From a virus, in IMG/VR virus record IMGVR_UViG_3300047284_000378: 64,000 nt of DNA, one strand, 5' to 3'. A model generated the notes under the pieces. It was not told the origin of the DNA and searched no databases. It saw only the letters and a program-made list of their open reading frames with translations. This document shows positions 39,537 through 49,222 of this stretch, one piece after another (position 1 is the stretch's first letter; every line of letters starts with the position of its first letter). The position numbers and the translations under genes were made by a program.

Positions 39537-39547
39537 AGGAAACTAAC

Positions 39548-39763
39548 ATGAAAACAACACTAGCAATTTTTCTTTTAACCAGCGTTTTAGCTTTGCCAGT
39601 ATCAGCAGCCGACGAAGCACCCGCAACTAAACAAGTCTGCGTGGATGTTATGAAAGACGGCAAGCCTGTTATTGATCCAAAAACTAAAAAGGCTAAACAA
39701 AACTGCAAGACCGTAAAAGTACATAAAAAACATGAAGGCACAGCAGTACCACAAAAGAAATAA
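39548..39763 (+). CDS. Small secreted protein with two Cys
   Basis: Signal peptide (ALPVSA-A), basic mature part. Confidence 0.65.
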   Translation: MKTTLAIFLLTSVLALPVSAADEAPATKQVCVDVMKDGKPVIDPKTKKAKQNCKTVKVHKKHEGTAVPQKK

Positions 39764-39788
39764 CCAGTAATTGAAAGACATTAAATAC

Positions 39789-39810
39789 AAGGCCGCTAGA
39801 CGCGGCCTTT
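39789..39810 (+). terminator. Intrinsic terminator hairpin overlapping the dnaJ promoter
   Basis: AAGGCCGC-TAGAC-GCGGCCTT; TAGACG(39797-802)-17nt-TATAAT(39820-25). Confidence 0.7.
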
Positions 39811-39831
39811 GTCTTCATGTATAATACAAGT

Positions 39832-40680
39832 ATGGATTACTATAATATTTTAGGTGTTAATAGAAATGCTAGTCAGGATGAGATAAAATCAGCCTATCGA
39901 AAGATGGCTATGAAATATCATCCCGATCGAGGCGGAGACGAAAAAAAATTCAAAGAAGTTGAAGAAGCTTATCGCACACTAAGCGATCCACAAAAGAAAC
40001 AGGTGTTTGATATGGGAGGTGATCCCAATAATCAAAACGGTGGATTTTATAATCAAGGTCCGTTCGAATTCCATTTTGGCACGGGCAACATGAACGACAT
40101 ATTTGGAAATTTCGGGTTCGGTGGCCCGTTTGGTTTTGGTAATAGGAATGTGCAGAGAAACAAATCCATAAACATCGCTGTAGAGATCACACTAGAAGAA
40201 GTTCTACAGGGAAAAGATATTGATGCAGAACTAGCTATCCCCGGCGGTAAAAAGAAAATCATCAACATCAGTATTCCTCCTGGCATAGAAGACAATCAAC
40301 AGATCAGATATCAAGGTATGGGGGATAACAGCATACCTCATATGCCCCCCGGTGATCTTTTAGTAAACATAAGAGTACTACCGCATATTGAATTCCGTAG
40401 AGAAGGATCAAACATTGTTGTAGATAAAATAGTTTCAGTATGGGATGCTATCCTAGGCTGTTCTCTCAGTATTAAAACCCTGGATAACAAAACTCTACAA
40501 ATTTCAGTGCCGCCTGGCACACAACCAGAAACTGTTCTCAGCTGTAAGAACGAAGGCTTACCTTTGATGAGAACTCAAAGACGCGGTAATCTATTAATAA
40601 AAATTAAAGTAGAAATACCAAAAAATATAAATCAACAGACAAAGTCTACTATCGAGAAATTAAAAAATAATGACATTTAA
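39832..40680 (+). CDS. dnaJ: DnaJ/CbpA-type co-chaperone (no Zn finger)
   Basis: J domain with HPD, G/F region, C-terminal substrate domain; start reassigned to ATG 39832. Confidence 0.9.
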   Translation: MDYYNILGVNRNASQDEIKSAYRKMAMKYHPDRGGDEKKFKEVEEAYRTLSDPQKKQVFDMGGDPNNQNGGFYNQGPFEFHFGTGNMNDIFGNFGFGGPFGFGNRNVQRNKSINIAVEITLEEVLQGKDIDAELAIPGGKKKIINISIPPGIEDNQQIRYQGMGDNSIPHMPPGDLLVNIRVLPHIEFRREGSNIVVDKIVSVWDAILGCSLSIKTLDNKTLQISVPPGTQPETVLSCKNEGLPLMRTQRRGNLLIKIKVEIPKNINQQTKSTIEKLKNNDI

Positions 40681-41164
40681 ACTAGGACCTCACGAATCTC
40701 TAATAACCCCTAGCACTGAATGGAACTTTGGATCAGACGGCGATGCTCGACTGTTGGAAGAGCAAATGATAGATTTCATGCAACAAAATAACGGCATAGG
40801 TCTAGCGGCTAATCAAATAGGCTTTACCAAGCGTGTGTTCGTAATGGGCAGTGAAAATATCGAAGGATTCCCAAGACCGTTCGCTGTGTTCAATCCCAAG
40901 ATCATAGAATACAGTGAGGACACAGAAATTTCACAAGAAGGCTGTCTTAGTTACCCAGATCTATGGTTAGGTGTAAAAAGGCCTAGAAGTATTATTGTAG
41001 AGTATCAAAACAGCAGCGGCGACACTGTTACCGCTGAAATGACCGGATTAATTTCAAGATGTTTTCAACACGAGTACGATCACTTAGATGGTATATGTTT
41101 TGTTGACAAAGTAAGCCAACTGAAATTAAACTTAGCTATGAAGAAACTTAGGAAAAAGAAATAA
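40670..41164 (+). CDS. def: Peptide deformylase
   Basis: [24 protein letters not shown]. Confidence 0.95.
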   Translation: MTFKLGPHESLITPSTEWNFGSDGDARLLEEQMIDFMQQNNGIGLAANQIGFTKRVFVMGSENIEGFPRPFAVFNPKIIEYSEDTEISQEGCLSYPDLWLGVKRPRSIIVEYQNSSGDTVTAEMTGLISRCFQHEYDHLDGICFVDKVSQLKLNLAMKKLRKKK

Positions 41165-43506
41165 TGATCGAACCAAGCTCAAATCTGCAACAAATTTTTG
41201 ATAATGCAGTTGAACATGCTAAACAATTAAATCACGAATACATAACCATTGAGCATTTGGTATATGCTATTCTCTGCGACGAGCCCTCATTTCAAATTAT
41301 AGAAAATTATGGTGCCGACGCTAATTTTATCAAAACTAATCTAGAACATTATATCAAAAACAACATGAACGATATCAAGGCCGTTGATCCAGATCAAAAG
41401 CCTAAAAAGACCAGTTCTGTTGAGCGAGTATTAAATCGTTGTTTCACACAGGTGTTGTTCAGTGGAAGACAACGAATGGAAGTAGCTGACATAATCATCA
41501 GCATACTCAGCGAAAAAAATAGTTTCGGTTTTTATTTCTTGAGCAAAGGCGGGTTGAGCAAAGAAAAATTTATCAAGTACTTCCAAGAAAATCTGAATTA
41601 CGAAGAAGAAGAAGAAACAACAACACAGGTAGCCACTAGCTCGCAAATGGAAAGAATTATCAATCAGTTCTGTACTAATCTCAGCCTTTTGGCTAAACAA
41701 CGTAAGATCGATCCTGTGATCGGAAGAGATGAAGAATTAGAAAAGATACAACTCATTCTCGCAAGAAGAAACAAGTGTAATGTATTGATGGTGGGTGATC
41801 CCGGTGTAGGTAAGACTGCCATTGCCGAAGGCCTGGCTCGTAAGATCTTTGAAAAGAAAGTTCCTAAGTTCATCCAAGATCATCAGGTCTATACGCTAGA
41901 TATCAGTGCCCTACTAGCAGGTTCGAAGTATCGAGGCGACTTTGAAGAACGTATCAAAGCAGTTCTAGCTTCACTAGAACGCAAGGGTAAAATTATCCTG
42001 TTCATCGACGAAGCGCACATGATGCAGGGCGCGGGTGCAGCTAACCAGAGCTCAAACGATCTAGCTAATATTCTCAAACCTATCCTTACCAAAGGTATCA
42101 TCAAATTAATCGCTTCCACTACCTGGGACGAGTATCGTAAGCACTTCGAAAGCGATCGTGCATTGATGCGTCGATTCCAACGTGTTACAGTAGATGAACC
42201 TAGTCAAGAAATGACTGTTAAGATTCTCAAGGGTATCCGTAAGTATTATGAAAAACATCATAATGTAAAAATCACCGATGCAGGTATCGATCAAGCGGTC
42301 AAGCTATCTATCAAATACATGGCTGACAAGAAACTGCCAGACAAGGCCATCGACATCATCGACTGTGCTGCTGCTCGTTACAAGCTCAAGGACGATCCTA
42401 CAGAAGAAGGCATCGAACAGCTCGTAGATGTCGAACAAATCACCTACGAACTTAGCAAGATGATCAATATGCCATTAGAAACCGTGGCGCAGAAAGAAAG
42501 CAAGAATCTAACAGGTCTAGAAAAAGGTATGAAAGCAGCAGTCTACGGACAAGATGCGGCTGTAGATACTCTGCTTGATAAGATCTTTGTAGCACAGGCC
42601 GGAATGAAACATCCCAACAAGCCTGTTGGATCTTTCTTGTTCTTAGGTCCTACAGGCACAGGTAAGACCGAAACTGCTAGAACACTAGCAGATAAGATGG
42701 GTATGGAATTAGTTAGGTTTGACATGGGAGAATATCAAGAGAAGCACTCTGTGGCAAGACTTATCGGTGCTCCTCCAGGTTATGTTGGCTACGAAGATAA
42801 TGCTGGTCAACTGATCACTAAACTACAAGAGCATCCTAATGCTATCCTATTGTTAGACGAAATTGAAAAAGCACACCCAGATGTCAGTAACATTCTACTA
42901 GCATTTATGGACAACGGTTTTATCACCGGAAGCAACGGTAAACAGGCAGATGGTCGTAATTGTATTCTTATCATGACCAGTAACCTTGGTGCCAGAGATA
43001 ACGAAAACAATGCCATTGGTTTCGGTGATCTAAGCAAAGACGGAGAAGACGACAAGGCCGTTAAAAAGTATTTTGCTCCAGAATTCCGTAATCGCTTAGA
43101 CGCTGTTATCAAATTTGAAAAGTTAGGTATCAACGTTGTTATCCAGATCGTTAATAAGTTTATTTCCGAACTGAATTCTCAGCTCAAAGATAAGAATATC
43201 GAAATCGTGTTAACAACAAAGGCACAGAAGTGGTTAGCTGAACAAGGGTACGATAGCAAGATGGGTGCAAGACCCTTAGCAAGATTGATCGATAATAAGA
43301 TTAAATCTCCTCTCAGCCGCAGAGTATTATTCGGTGATCTCGTCAACGGAGGCAAAGTCACTGTTGATATCGAGGATAATGAACCGGTCTTCGCAGTTGA
43401 AGATTTTGTAAAAACATTAACTAGAGCTGCCAAGAGAAAATTAGGTATCGCCGACGAAATCGCAGTTACTGAAACTAATGATATCAAAGAAGAAAATAAC
43501 CAATAG
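41164..43506 (+). CDS. clpA: ATP-dependent Clp protease ATPase subunit ClpA
   Basis: Clp N-domain, two AAA+ modules (GDPGVGKT, GPTGTGKT), no ClpB M-domain, IGF loop (AIGFG). Confidence 0.9.
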   Translation: MIEPSSNLQQIFDNAVEHAKQLNHEYITIEHLVYAILCDEPSFQIIENYGADANFIKTNLEHYIKNNMNDIKAVDPDQKPKKTSSVERVLNRCFTQVLFSGRQRMEVADIIISILSEKNSFGFYFLSKGGLSKEKFIKYFQENLNYEEEEETTTQVATSSQMERIINQFCTNLSLLAKQRKIDPVIGRDEELEKIQLILARRNKCNVLMVGDPGVGKTAIAEGLARKIFEKKVPKFIQDHQVYTLDISALLAGSKYRGDFEERIKAVLASLERKGKIILFIDEAHMMQGAGAANQSSNDLANILKPILTKGIIKLIASTTWDEYRKHFESDRALMRRFQRVTVDEPSQEMTVKILKGIRKYYEKHHNVKITDAGIDQAVKLSIKYMADKKLPDKAIDIIDCAAARYKLKDDPTEEGIEQLVDVEQITYELSKMINMPLETVAQKESKNLTGLEKGMKAAVYGQDAAVDTLLDKIFVAQAGMKHPNKPVGSFLFLGPTGTGKTETARTLADKMGMELVRFDMGEYQEKHSVARLIGAPPGYVGYEDNAGQLITKLQEHPNAILLLDEIEKAHPDVSNILLAFMDNGFITGSNGKQADGRNCILIMTSNLGARDNENNAIGFGDLSKDGEDDKAVKKYFAPEFRNRLDAVIKFEKLGINVVIQIVNKFISELNSQLKDKNIEIVLTTKAQKWLAEQGYDSKMGARPLARLIDNKIKSPLSRRVLFGDLVNGGKVTVDIEDNEPVFAVEDFVKTLTRAAKRKLGIADEIAVTETNDIKEENNQ

Positions 43507-44158
43507 AAAATTTTACGGTAAATGGTTATATAAAATTACCCTAAAAATCAGCGGTGTGTCAATCTTAAGGACCAAATCCTTAGATGACACTATTGGTTTT
43601 ATGTTGGATCCGGAATCTGGCAATGTAGCCAGACACAGTATCTTAAGAAGAGCTCTAGCACATTCAGAAGAAATCGTTGAACTCTGTAAATTCTTAAAAA
43701 CATTAAATCCGGACGATTATACTAAACGATTAGAATCTAATCTAATAGATCTATATACCAATGATCAAAACATCTATGTTAATGCCTGTACTCTATTTCA
43801 AGATTTAATCACACACCATTTTGAACCAGAAGAAAATTCCATTGATTTACTATCAAAATCAAATCTTATAGTGGTCAATAAACTGCCGCATGATAAATTT
43901 AGATATAAGGTTTTTCTAACACCCCATAGACTCAAACAAGATCGTGATAGAAAAGAGCAATTTTTATCTTGGTTAGATACACAAAATGGCAGGATAAAGA
44001 TTTCAAATACTGTAAAGGACTGGTTTATCAAAACAGACTGGAACTGGGATCGCCGATATGTGCTAGTAACTGACGAAGCCACTCTTCTAATGATGAAAAT
44101 GGCTAATCCTGATGCTGTGGGCAAGGTCTACGAGCATGTTTTGTTGATAAATACTTGA
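43478..44158 (+). CDS. Hypothetical protein
   Basis: 226-aa ORF overlapping the clpA end. Confidence 0.7.
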   Translation: MISKKKITNRKFYGKWLYKITLKISGVSILRTKSLDDTIGFMLDPESGNVARHSILRRALAHSEEIVELCKFLKTLNPDDYTKRLESNLIDLYTNDQNIYVNACTLFQDLITHHFEPEENSIDLLSKSNLIVVNKLPHDKFRYKVFLTPHRLKQDRDRKEQFLSWLDTQNGRIKISNTVKDWFIKTDWNWDRRYVLVTDEATLLMMKMANPDAVGKVYEHVLLINT

Positions 44159-44514
44159 TGTCCAACGAAATTCATGTTCTACTAGAAAATATCAGCTTAG
44201 AATCTGTCGATTCTAGTTATAGCTACGGAGGCAAGTATCCCGGAGCAGGGTATCACAAAAAAAGTAACCCTATACACACTGTTGTTTATCAGGTCACAGA
44301 TTTTGTCGGCACTATCAAAATACAAGCGACTCTAGCTTTAGATCCCGCAGCATCGGATTGGTTTGATGTAGATAATACAACTATAGGGCTAGGCGAGGAC
44401 AGTTCTGCGTGGACTTCTGCTAGCACCTTTAATTTTTCCGGTAATTTTGTATGGGTACGTGCTGCATACAACATACAAAACGGTACTATCACATCTGTTA
44501 GTTATCTAGTCTAA
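44158..44514 (+). CDS. Late beta-sandwich hypothetical protein
   Basis: TAAATA 44148-53 four nt before ATG. Confidence 0.65.
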   Translation: MSNEIHVLLENISLESVDSSYSYGGKYPGAGYHKKSNPIHTVVYQVTDFVGTIKIQATLALDPAASDWFDVDNTTIGLGEDSSAWTSASTFNFSGNFVWVRAAYNIQNGTITSVSYLV

Positions 44515-44558
44515 GAATTCAAAAGCGATAAATATAGTATCATCTTACGGAAGATACT

Positions 44559-45983
44559 ATGAGAGACCTTTTAAATAAATTAGACGCTATCGTCAGCGAA
44601 ACAGCACTCAAAGACAAGGAAGATCTTGCCGCCAAGCGCAAGGCCTTGCAGGATCTGCAGATGGATCCCACTGCCGCTGAAGATCCAGAAATCAAACAAG
44701 CAATCATCCAAAGAAAAGCCGATTTAGAAAAAGAAGCTAAAGCCAAGGGATTTTCAGAAGGAATCCAACTAGGAGATGATTTCGGTATCAGTTTCAACGA
44801 AGATTTTGAAATCGAATCTTCGGTTGTAGGTTTCGTTAAAGACGGAATCGTTATCGAACTAGACGAATTCGCTCTAGATCTATTAGAAGGTCAGGGATTT
44901 AGTTTCCTAGAAGGCTATCTCAAAGAATCAGAAAAACAAAAAGGCGTCGACGGCAAAGCCTGTTGGAAAGGCTACAGACGTATGGGCACCAAAAAGAAAG
45001 GCGGCAAAACTGTAGACAACTGCGTTAAAGTTTCCGAAGGGTTTGGTTCCCTTGAAGACGAAGTAAAATCATTGCTGAAAAGATTCGAAGAAAATGCCAT
45101 GGAAATTGGTGCCTACGGAGATCCAGATGTTAGCAAAGTCGTAGCAATGCTTAGACAAGGAGACTTTGAAGGCGCTACTGAAGAAGTATGGTCTGCTTAC
45201 TCCGATCAAGACGGCGGTGAGGTTCCTAGATTAGAACCTTATGTCGACGACCTGCAAGACGAGTTCGAAGAACTTGCTCAGGGCGGAGATGAAGACGAAG
45301 GCGGCGACACCGACGATGCATATGCATTGGCATCCGCTGGTCACGGATCTGATGAGGATTACGGTGATTACGGGTTCGAAGAAGATCACTCCGAAGATCC
45401 AGAAGATCCAGCAAATCGTGGAGAATACGACAACGAAGGCGACATGGCAAAAGACGACCTACGCACAATCAACGATGCTGCCAAAGAATTATATAATATG
45501 TTAGATGTAGATGACAATCTACCAGAATGGGTACAGAGTAAGATTAATAAGGCAGCAGACTATATAGACACTGCCAGAGACTACATGAAATCCAATAGCT
45601 ATACCGAAGGGCGTTATCCTTTCGCAGGCAGAAAAGTAGGACAGAAAGAAGGTCCAGCCGGTCAATTAAAGGGCAAAGATCCTGCAGGTTATCCTAAAGG
45701 TAAATTAGTCGGCGGTAGTGAAAGCGTTGAACACGACCTCGACGAAGCTGACTATAGAGGCAGAAAAGTTCAGCTAGGTAAAAAGCTACCCGGTGATGTA
45801 AAAAAATACAAAGTATATGTTCGTAAACCAAACGGTAACATCGTCAAAGTAAATTTCGGCGATAAAAAAATGCGTATTAAGAAATCTAATCCTAGTCGCA
45901 GAAAGAGTTTTAGAGCCCGTCATCGTTGCTCCAATCCAGGACCAAGATGGAAAGCTCGTTATTGGAGCTGCAGGAACTGGTAA
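44559..45983 (+). CDS. Putative internal head polyprotein (modules separated by hydrophobic-x-E motifs)
   Basis: VSE-T, FSE-G, LKE-S, VSE-G, YTE-G, LDE-A boundaries; CWKGY..C and KVNFGD..RARH.C..YWSC modules. Confidence 0.6.
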   Translation: MRDLLNKLDAIVSETALKDKEDLAAKRKALQDLQMDPTAAEDPEIKQAIIQRKADLEKEAKAKGFSEGIQLGDDFGISFNEDFEIESSVVGFVKDGIVIELDEFALDLLEGQGFSFLEGYLKESEKQKGVDGKACWKGYRRMGTKKKGGKTVDNCVKVSEGFGSLEDEVKSLLKRFEENAMEIGAYGDPDVSKVVAMLRQGDFEGATEEVWSAYSDQDGGEVPRLEPYVDDLQDEFEELAQGGDEDEGGDTDDAYALASAGHGSDEDYGDYGFEEDHSEDPEDPANRGEYDNEGDMAKDDLRTINDAAKELYNMLDVDDNLPEWVQSKINKAADYIDTARDYMKSNSYTEGRYPFAGRKVGQKEGPAGQLKGKDPAGYPKGKLVGGSESVEHDLDEADYRGRKVQLGKKLPGDVKKYKVYVRKPNGNIVKVNFGDKKMRIKKSNPSRRKSFRARHRCSNPGPRWKARYWSCRNW

Positions 45984-45984
45984 T

Positions 45985-46323
45985 ATGCTACTAAAAGAAA
46001 TGTTCAGTCCTATAGGGGCTCCTGATCCCGACAAAGATGATACCGATTGGTTAGGTGATCTAAAATTTTTCATCGATAACGATGATCAGTTATTAAACAA
46101 ATATTTTTTTCCTGCTGTAGATAGGCATAAAAAACATGTAGGCAATCCCAATGCCTATAAAATTTACATACGACCATTAGAAAGTTGTCTGGAACAATAC
46201 TGCGAGAAATTCGAAATCGAAGAGCCAGAAACAAAATTTCCCAAAGAAAAACTTATCGACTTGGCTAAAAAAATCGCCAATCAGCAGGATAAATTTTTGA
46301 GCAAAGGCGACTACAAGCGATGA
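45985..46323 (+). CDS. Putative internal head protein
   Basis: N-terminal MLLKEMF; cluster context. Confidence 0.55.
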   Translation: MLLKEMFSPIGAPDPDKDDTDWLGDLKFFIDNDDQLLNKYFFPAVDRHKKHVGNPNAYKIYIRPLESCLEQYCEKFEIEEPETKFPKEKLIDLAKKIANQQDKFLSKGDYKR

Positions 46324-47576
46324 AACTTCTTGAAATGTTTGAGGCTGAATCTAGTAGAAAGCATATCACATTCTGCTTCGGAAGACTTAATCCTCCAACT
46401 ATCGGTCACGAACAATTATTAGACACTGCGGCTAAAGTAGGCGGTGACTATAAAATTTTTGTAAGCCAGAGCCAAGATCCTAAAAAGAATCCTTTAGACT
46501 ACGCAACTAAGATTAAATTTATCAAATCCATGTTTCCCCAACATGCAGATAAAGTAGTCGAAGACAACAGTCTTAATACTATTGTAAAAATCGCATCATA
46601 TCTATATGACCTAGGTTATCGAGACGCTACATACGTTGCCGGAAGTGATCGATTGGAAGATATGAAGAAACTTCTAACACAGTATAACGGTGTTGAAGGT
46701 AAAGCACACGGCTTTTATAAATTCGAAACATTAGATTTTAAATCTAGCGGAGAACGTGAAGATGGTGCTGAAGGTGTTGCAGGAGTCAGTGCTAGTGGTG
46801 CTAGATTGGCTGCTGCTAATAATGACTTTGAAGCATTCCAAGAAGCCACAGGCGCAGGAGACCTAGCTAAATCTTTATTCGATGCAGTTCGTAAAGGGAT
46901 GAAAATCTCCGAAAATGTTTCAGAGGCTCCTATTGAGATGGATCCTGCTGATCCCATGGATCCGATGATCCATAGCGCAGGAGGCAATCCTGCAAAACTA
47001 AAATATCGTATGCTAAGAGCCGCTGGACAGATTAAAGATCTTGCCAGCAGAGTAGACAAAGCCAGTCCCAGCGAATGGCAGACAATGACTCGCCAGTTCG
47101 AAGAGCTTAAAATGAACATGGAACAAATTCGCCATGCTCTAGAAGAACTTGCTAAGATTCGTAAGAAAGGTGGAGTACGTAGTCGAGGCATCGATCCCAT
47201 GATTGATAGCGTTGACGAAGGATGGAAACAAAATGTTGCTGCGGCTGCTCTAGCGGCGGCAAACTTATTAGGTACATCTGCACAGGCCGCAGAAGAACCT
47301 GCAAAGCCTATTACTATCGCGTATGTTATGATAGACGGCGAAATGAGAAAATATAATCTCGGTGATAAATTTGATAATGCCAAAGAAGCAGAAGAATTTA
47401 TCAGCCGTGTATTAGACAAACAAGGATTGCAGGGTTATCAATTAGAAATTAAACACGGCTACGCTAAAAAACAAGACAAGAAAGAAAGTGTAGCAGAAGG
47501 ATATGGACGCTATTGGTGCTCTACCGATAAAAAATGGAAAACTCGTAAAGGTCCTAAACAAAAGAGATCGTCATGA
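46320..47576 (+). CDS. HxGH-type nucleotidyltransferase (phage cytidyltransferase-like) fused to small modules
   Basis: FGRLNPPTIGH, AGSDR, SAS..R; then modules after VSE-A, VDE-G, VAE-G. Confidence 0.75.
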   Translation: MKLLEMFEAESSRKHITFCFGRLNPPTIGHEQLLDTAAKVGGDYKIFVSQSQDPKKNPLDYATKIKFIKSMFPQHADKVVEDNSLNTIVKIASYLYDLGYRDATYVAGSDRLEDMKKLLTQYNGVEGKAHGFYKFETLDFKSSGEREDGAEGVAGVSASGARLAAANNDFEAFQEATGAGDLAKSLFDAVRKGMKISENVSEAPIEMDPADPMDPMIHSAGGNPAKLKYRMLRAAGQIKDLASRVDKASPSEWQTMTRQFEELKMNMEQIRHALEELAKIRKKGGVRSRGIDPMIDSVDEGWKQNVAAAALAAANLLGTSAQAAEEPAKPITIAYVMIDGEMRKYNLGDKFDNAKEAEEFISRVLDKQGLQGYQLEIKHGYAKKQDKKESVAEGYGRYWCSTDKKWKTRKGPKQKRSS

Positions 47577-47959
47577 AAGCAAAAGAATTTATACCAGCAA
47601 GTAAGCCAAGAAACTTCGTTGCTAAGAATCAAAAGACAGCAGGTGCTGGAGCACATAAAGATTTAAAACGTGCCGAAAAGCAAGGCGATGTTAAACATAA
47701 GAAAGATCGTATTCCTATGGACGAAAGAGTAAGAGATCCAGAAGATTGGGATGAAGGTAACACAGAGCCCGGCAACAACTTTGCTATCTATATCAACGGT
47801 AAGAAGTGGAAAGTATTTCCAGGACCCTACGGCGCTTACGCAGACAGCCCCGAAGAGGAGAGTGAGTTTTATAGATTAAAAGACATGGCTCACAGAAAGA
47901 GTCAGCAGACTGGCAAGAAGTGGGAAGTCTACAAAACCGGTGAACCGGCTACAAAGTAA
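47573..47959 (+). CDS. Putative internal head protein
   Basis: MKAKEF start, basic module, MDE-R boundary. Confidence 0.55.
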   Translation: MKAKEFIPASKPRNFVAKNQKTAGAGAHKDLKRAEKQGDVKHKKDRIPMDERVRDPEDWDEGNTEPGNNFAIYINGKKWKVFPGPYGAYADSPEEESEFYRLKDMAHRKSQQTGKKWEVYKTGEPATK

Positions 47960-48177
47960 TGGAACTAAGTGAATTAAAACGTCTTGCAGGAATTACAGAG
48001 TTCAAAGGCTATCAACCTTACGGTGGTAGCAATATAAGTATCACTGGTAACGAAAAAGGTGAACTTATGCGTAAGCACAATATCAGACCCGGAACCCCTG
48101 AATGGTTCCAACTGTGGTTTAGTTTACCGTACCTAACCGGAGAACGACCTGTAGGAGATACTAAATGGTTGAGATAA
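47959..48177 (+). CDS. Putative internal head protein
   Basis: [15 protein letters not shown] start. Confidence 0.55.
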   Translation: MELSELKRLAGITEFKGYQPYGGSNISITGNEKGELMRKHNIRPGTPEWFQLWFSLPYLTGERPVGDTKWLR

Positions 48178-48488
48178 GCCCGTCAGCAAAAGTCAAGATA
48201 CAAGATATCTTAGACGAAGAAAATAATCCTAATTTAAAACTTAGAACTTTTGTCCAGGGTGGTGGATGCTCAGGATTTCAATACGGCTTCACCTTTGACG
48301 ATGAACAAAACGACGACGATTTTGAAATCCTTGTAGGTAGATGGAAAATTTTAATCGATGCTATGAGCATGCAGTACATGACTGGTGCAGAAATAGATTA
48401 TGTTGAGGATCTGCAAGGAAGTCAGTTCGTTATTAGAAATCCCAATGCTGTTACAACCTGTGGCTGCGGAAGTAGTTTTTCAGTATGA
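48165..48488 (+). CDS. erpA: A-type Fe-S insertion protein (ErpA/HesB)
   Basis: [26 protein letters not shown]. Confidence 0.9.
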   Translation: MVEISPSAKVKIQDILDEENNPNLKLRTFVQGGGCSGFQYGFTFDDEQNDDDFEILVGRWKILIDAMSMQYMTGAEIDYVEDLQGSQFVIRNPNAVTTCGCGSSFSV

Positions 48489-48991
48489 GAGCACACGAAT
48501 TTATCGTAGAAAAGAAGCGTAAGAAAAGAAAGCCACGTTGGGCTGCTTACGGACCAGGCCCCTACGGCGGATACGGTTATGCCGTGGGTTATAGCGGAGA
48601 TGGGGGAGGCATCGGGGGCGATGCCGCCGGGGGAGAAGCATCTTATCCAGGTAACATAGGTGCTATGGAAGTAATGAAATTCTTTCAAATAGCCGATGAT
48701 AAGAAAAAAGAACTTTTTAAAGAGCTGTTGAGCAAAGGTAAAAAAGGACTGGCTTGGAAGTTAATACAAGATACAGTAGGCGTTAAATTAGTAGGCAAGG
48801 AGTTTGAAGTCGAAGAAAACTTTGCAGATGGTCGAGTAAAAGGCAAAAGCAGGCCCGGACGTGTGAAACGTGCAGGTGCGAGTTGTTCTGGATCTGTAAC
48901 TGATTTGCGTAAACGTGCTAAAAACGCCAGCGGAGAAAAGGCTAAAATGTATCATTGGTGTGCTAACATGAAAAGCGGCCGCGGTAAATAA
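48485..48991 (+). CDS. Putative internal head polyprotein
   Basis: MRAHEFIVE start (T4 capsid-targeting-like), VEE-N boundary, basic two-Cys C-terminal module. Confidence 0.6.
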   Translation: MRAHEFIVEKKRKKRKPRWAAYGPGPYGGYGYAVGYSGDGGGIGGDAAGGEASYPGNIGAMEVMKFFQIADDKKKELFKELLSKGKKGLAWKLIQDTVGVKLVGKEFEVEENFADGRVKGKSRPGRVKRAGASCSGSVTDLRKRAKNASGEKAKMYHWCANMKSGRGK

Positions 48992-48995
48992 TACT

Positions 48996-49184
48996 ATGAA
49001 AATACGAGACTTATTAGAAACAGCTACAGCGGGTGCTACTTCGGCGGGCAATGTATCTGTAGGTGTTGTTTACCCTAATAAGCCAGGAAAACAGCCTAAA
49101 AAGAAAAAGAACGGAACTGCCCCCAATGCCTTAGACATACCAGGTGTTAATCTGCTAACAGGCGGTTCTTTAATCAAAAGATAA
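48996..49184 (+). CDS. Small late protein
   Basis: TAAATA 48985-90; MKIRDLLE-T start. Confidence 0.6.
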   Translation: MKIRDLLETATAGATSAGNVSVGVVYPNKPGKQPKKKKNGTAPNALDIPGVNLLTGGSLIKR

Positions 49185-49222
49185 ATACAGTATGACTCTT
49201 TAAAATCAAGGATTTTTTTAAC

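Noticed and set aside
49192-49203. ATG-ACT-CTT-TAA mini-ORF right after a late promoter
   Set aside because: Three codons only; it could be chance, and no regulatory role can be supported from one sequence.
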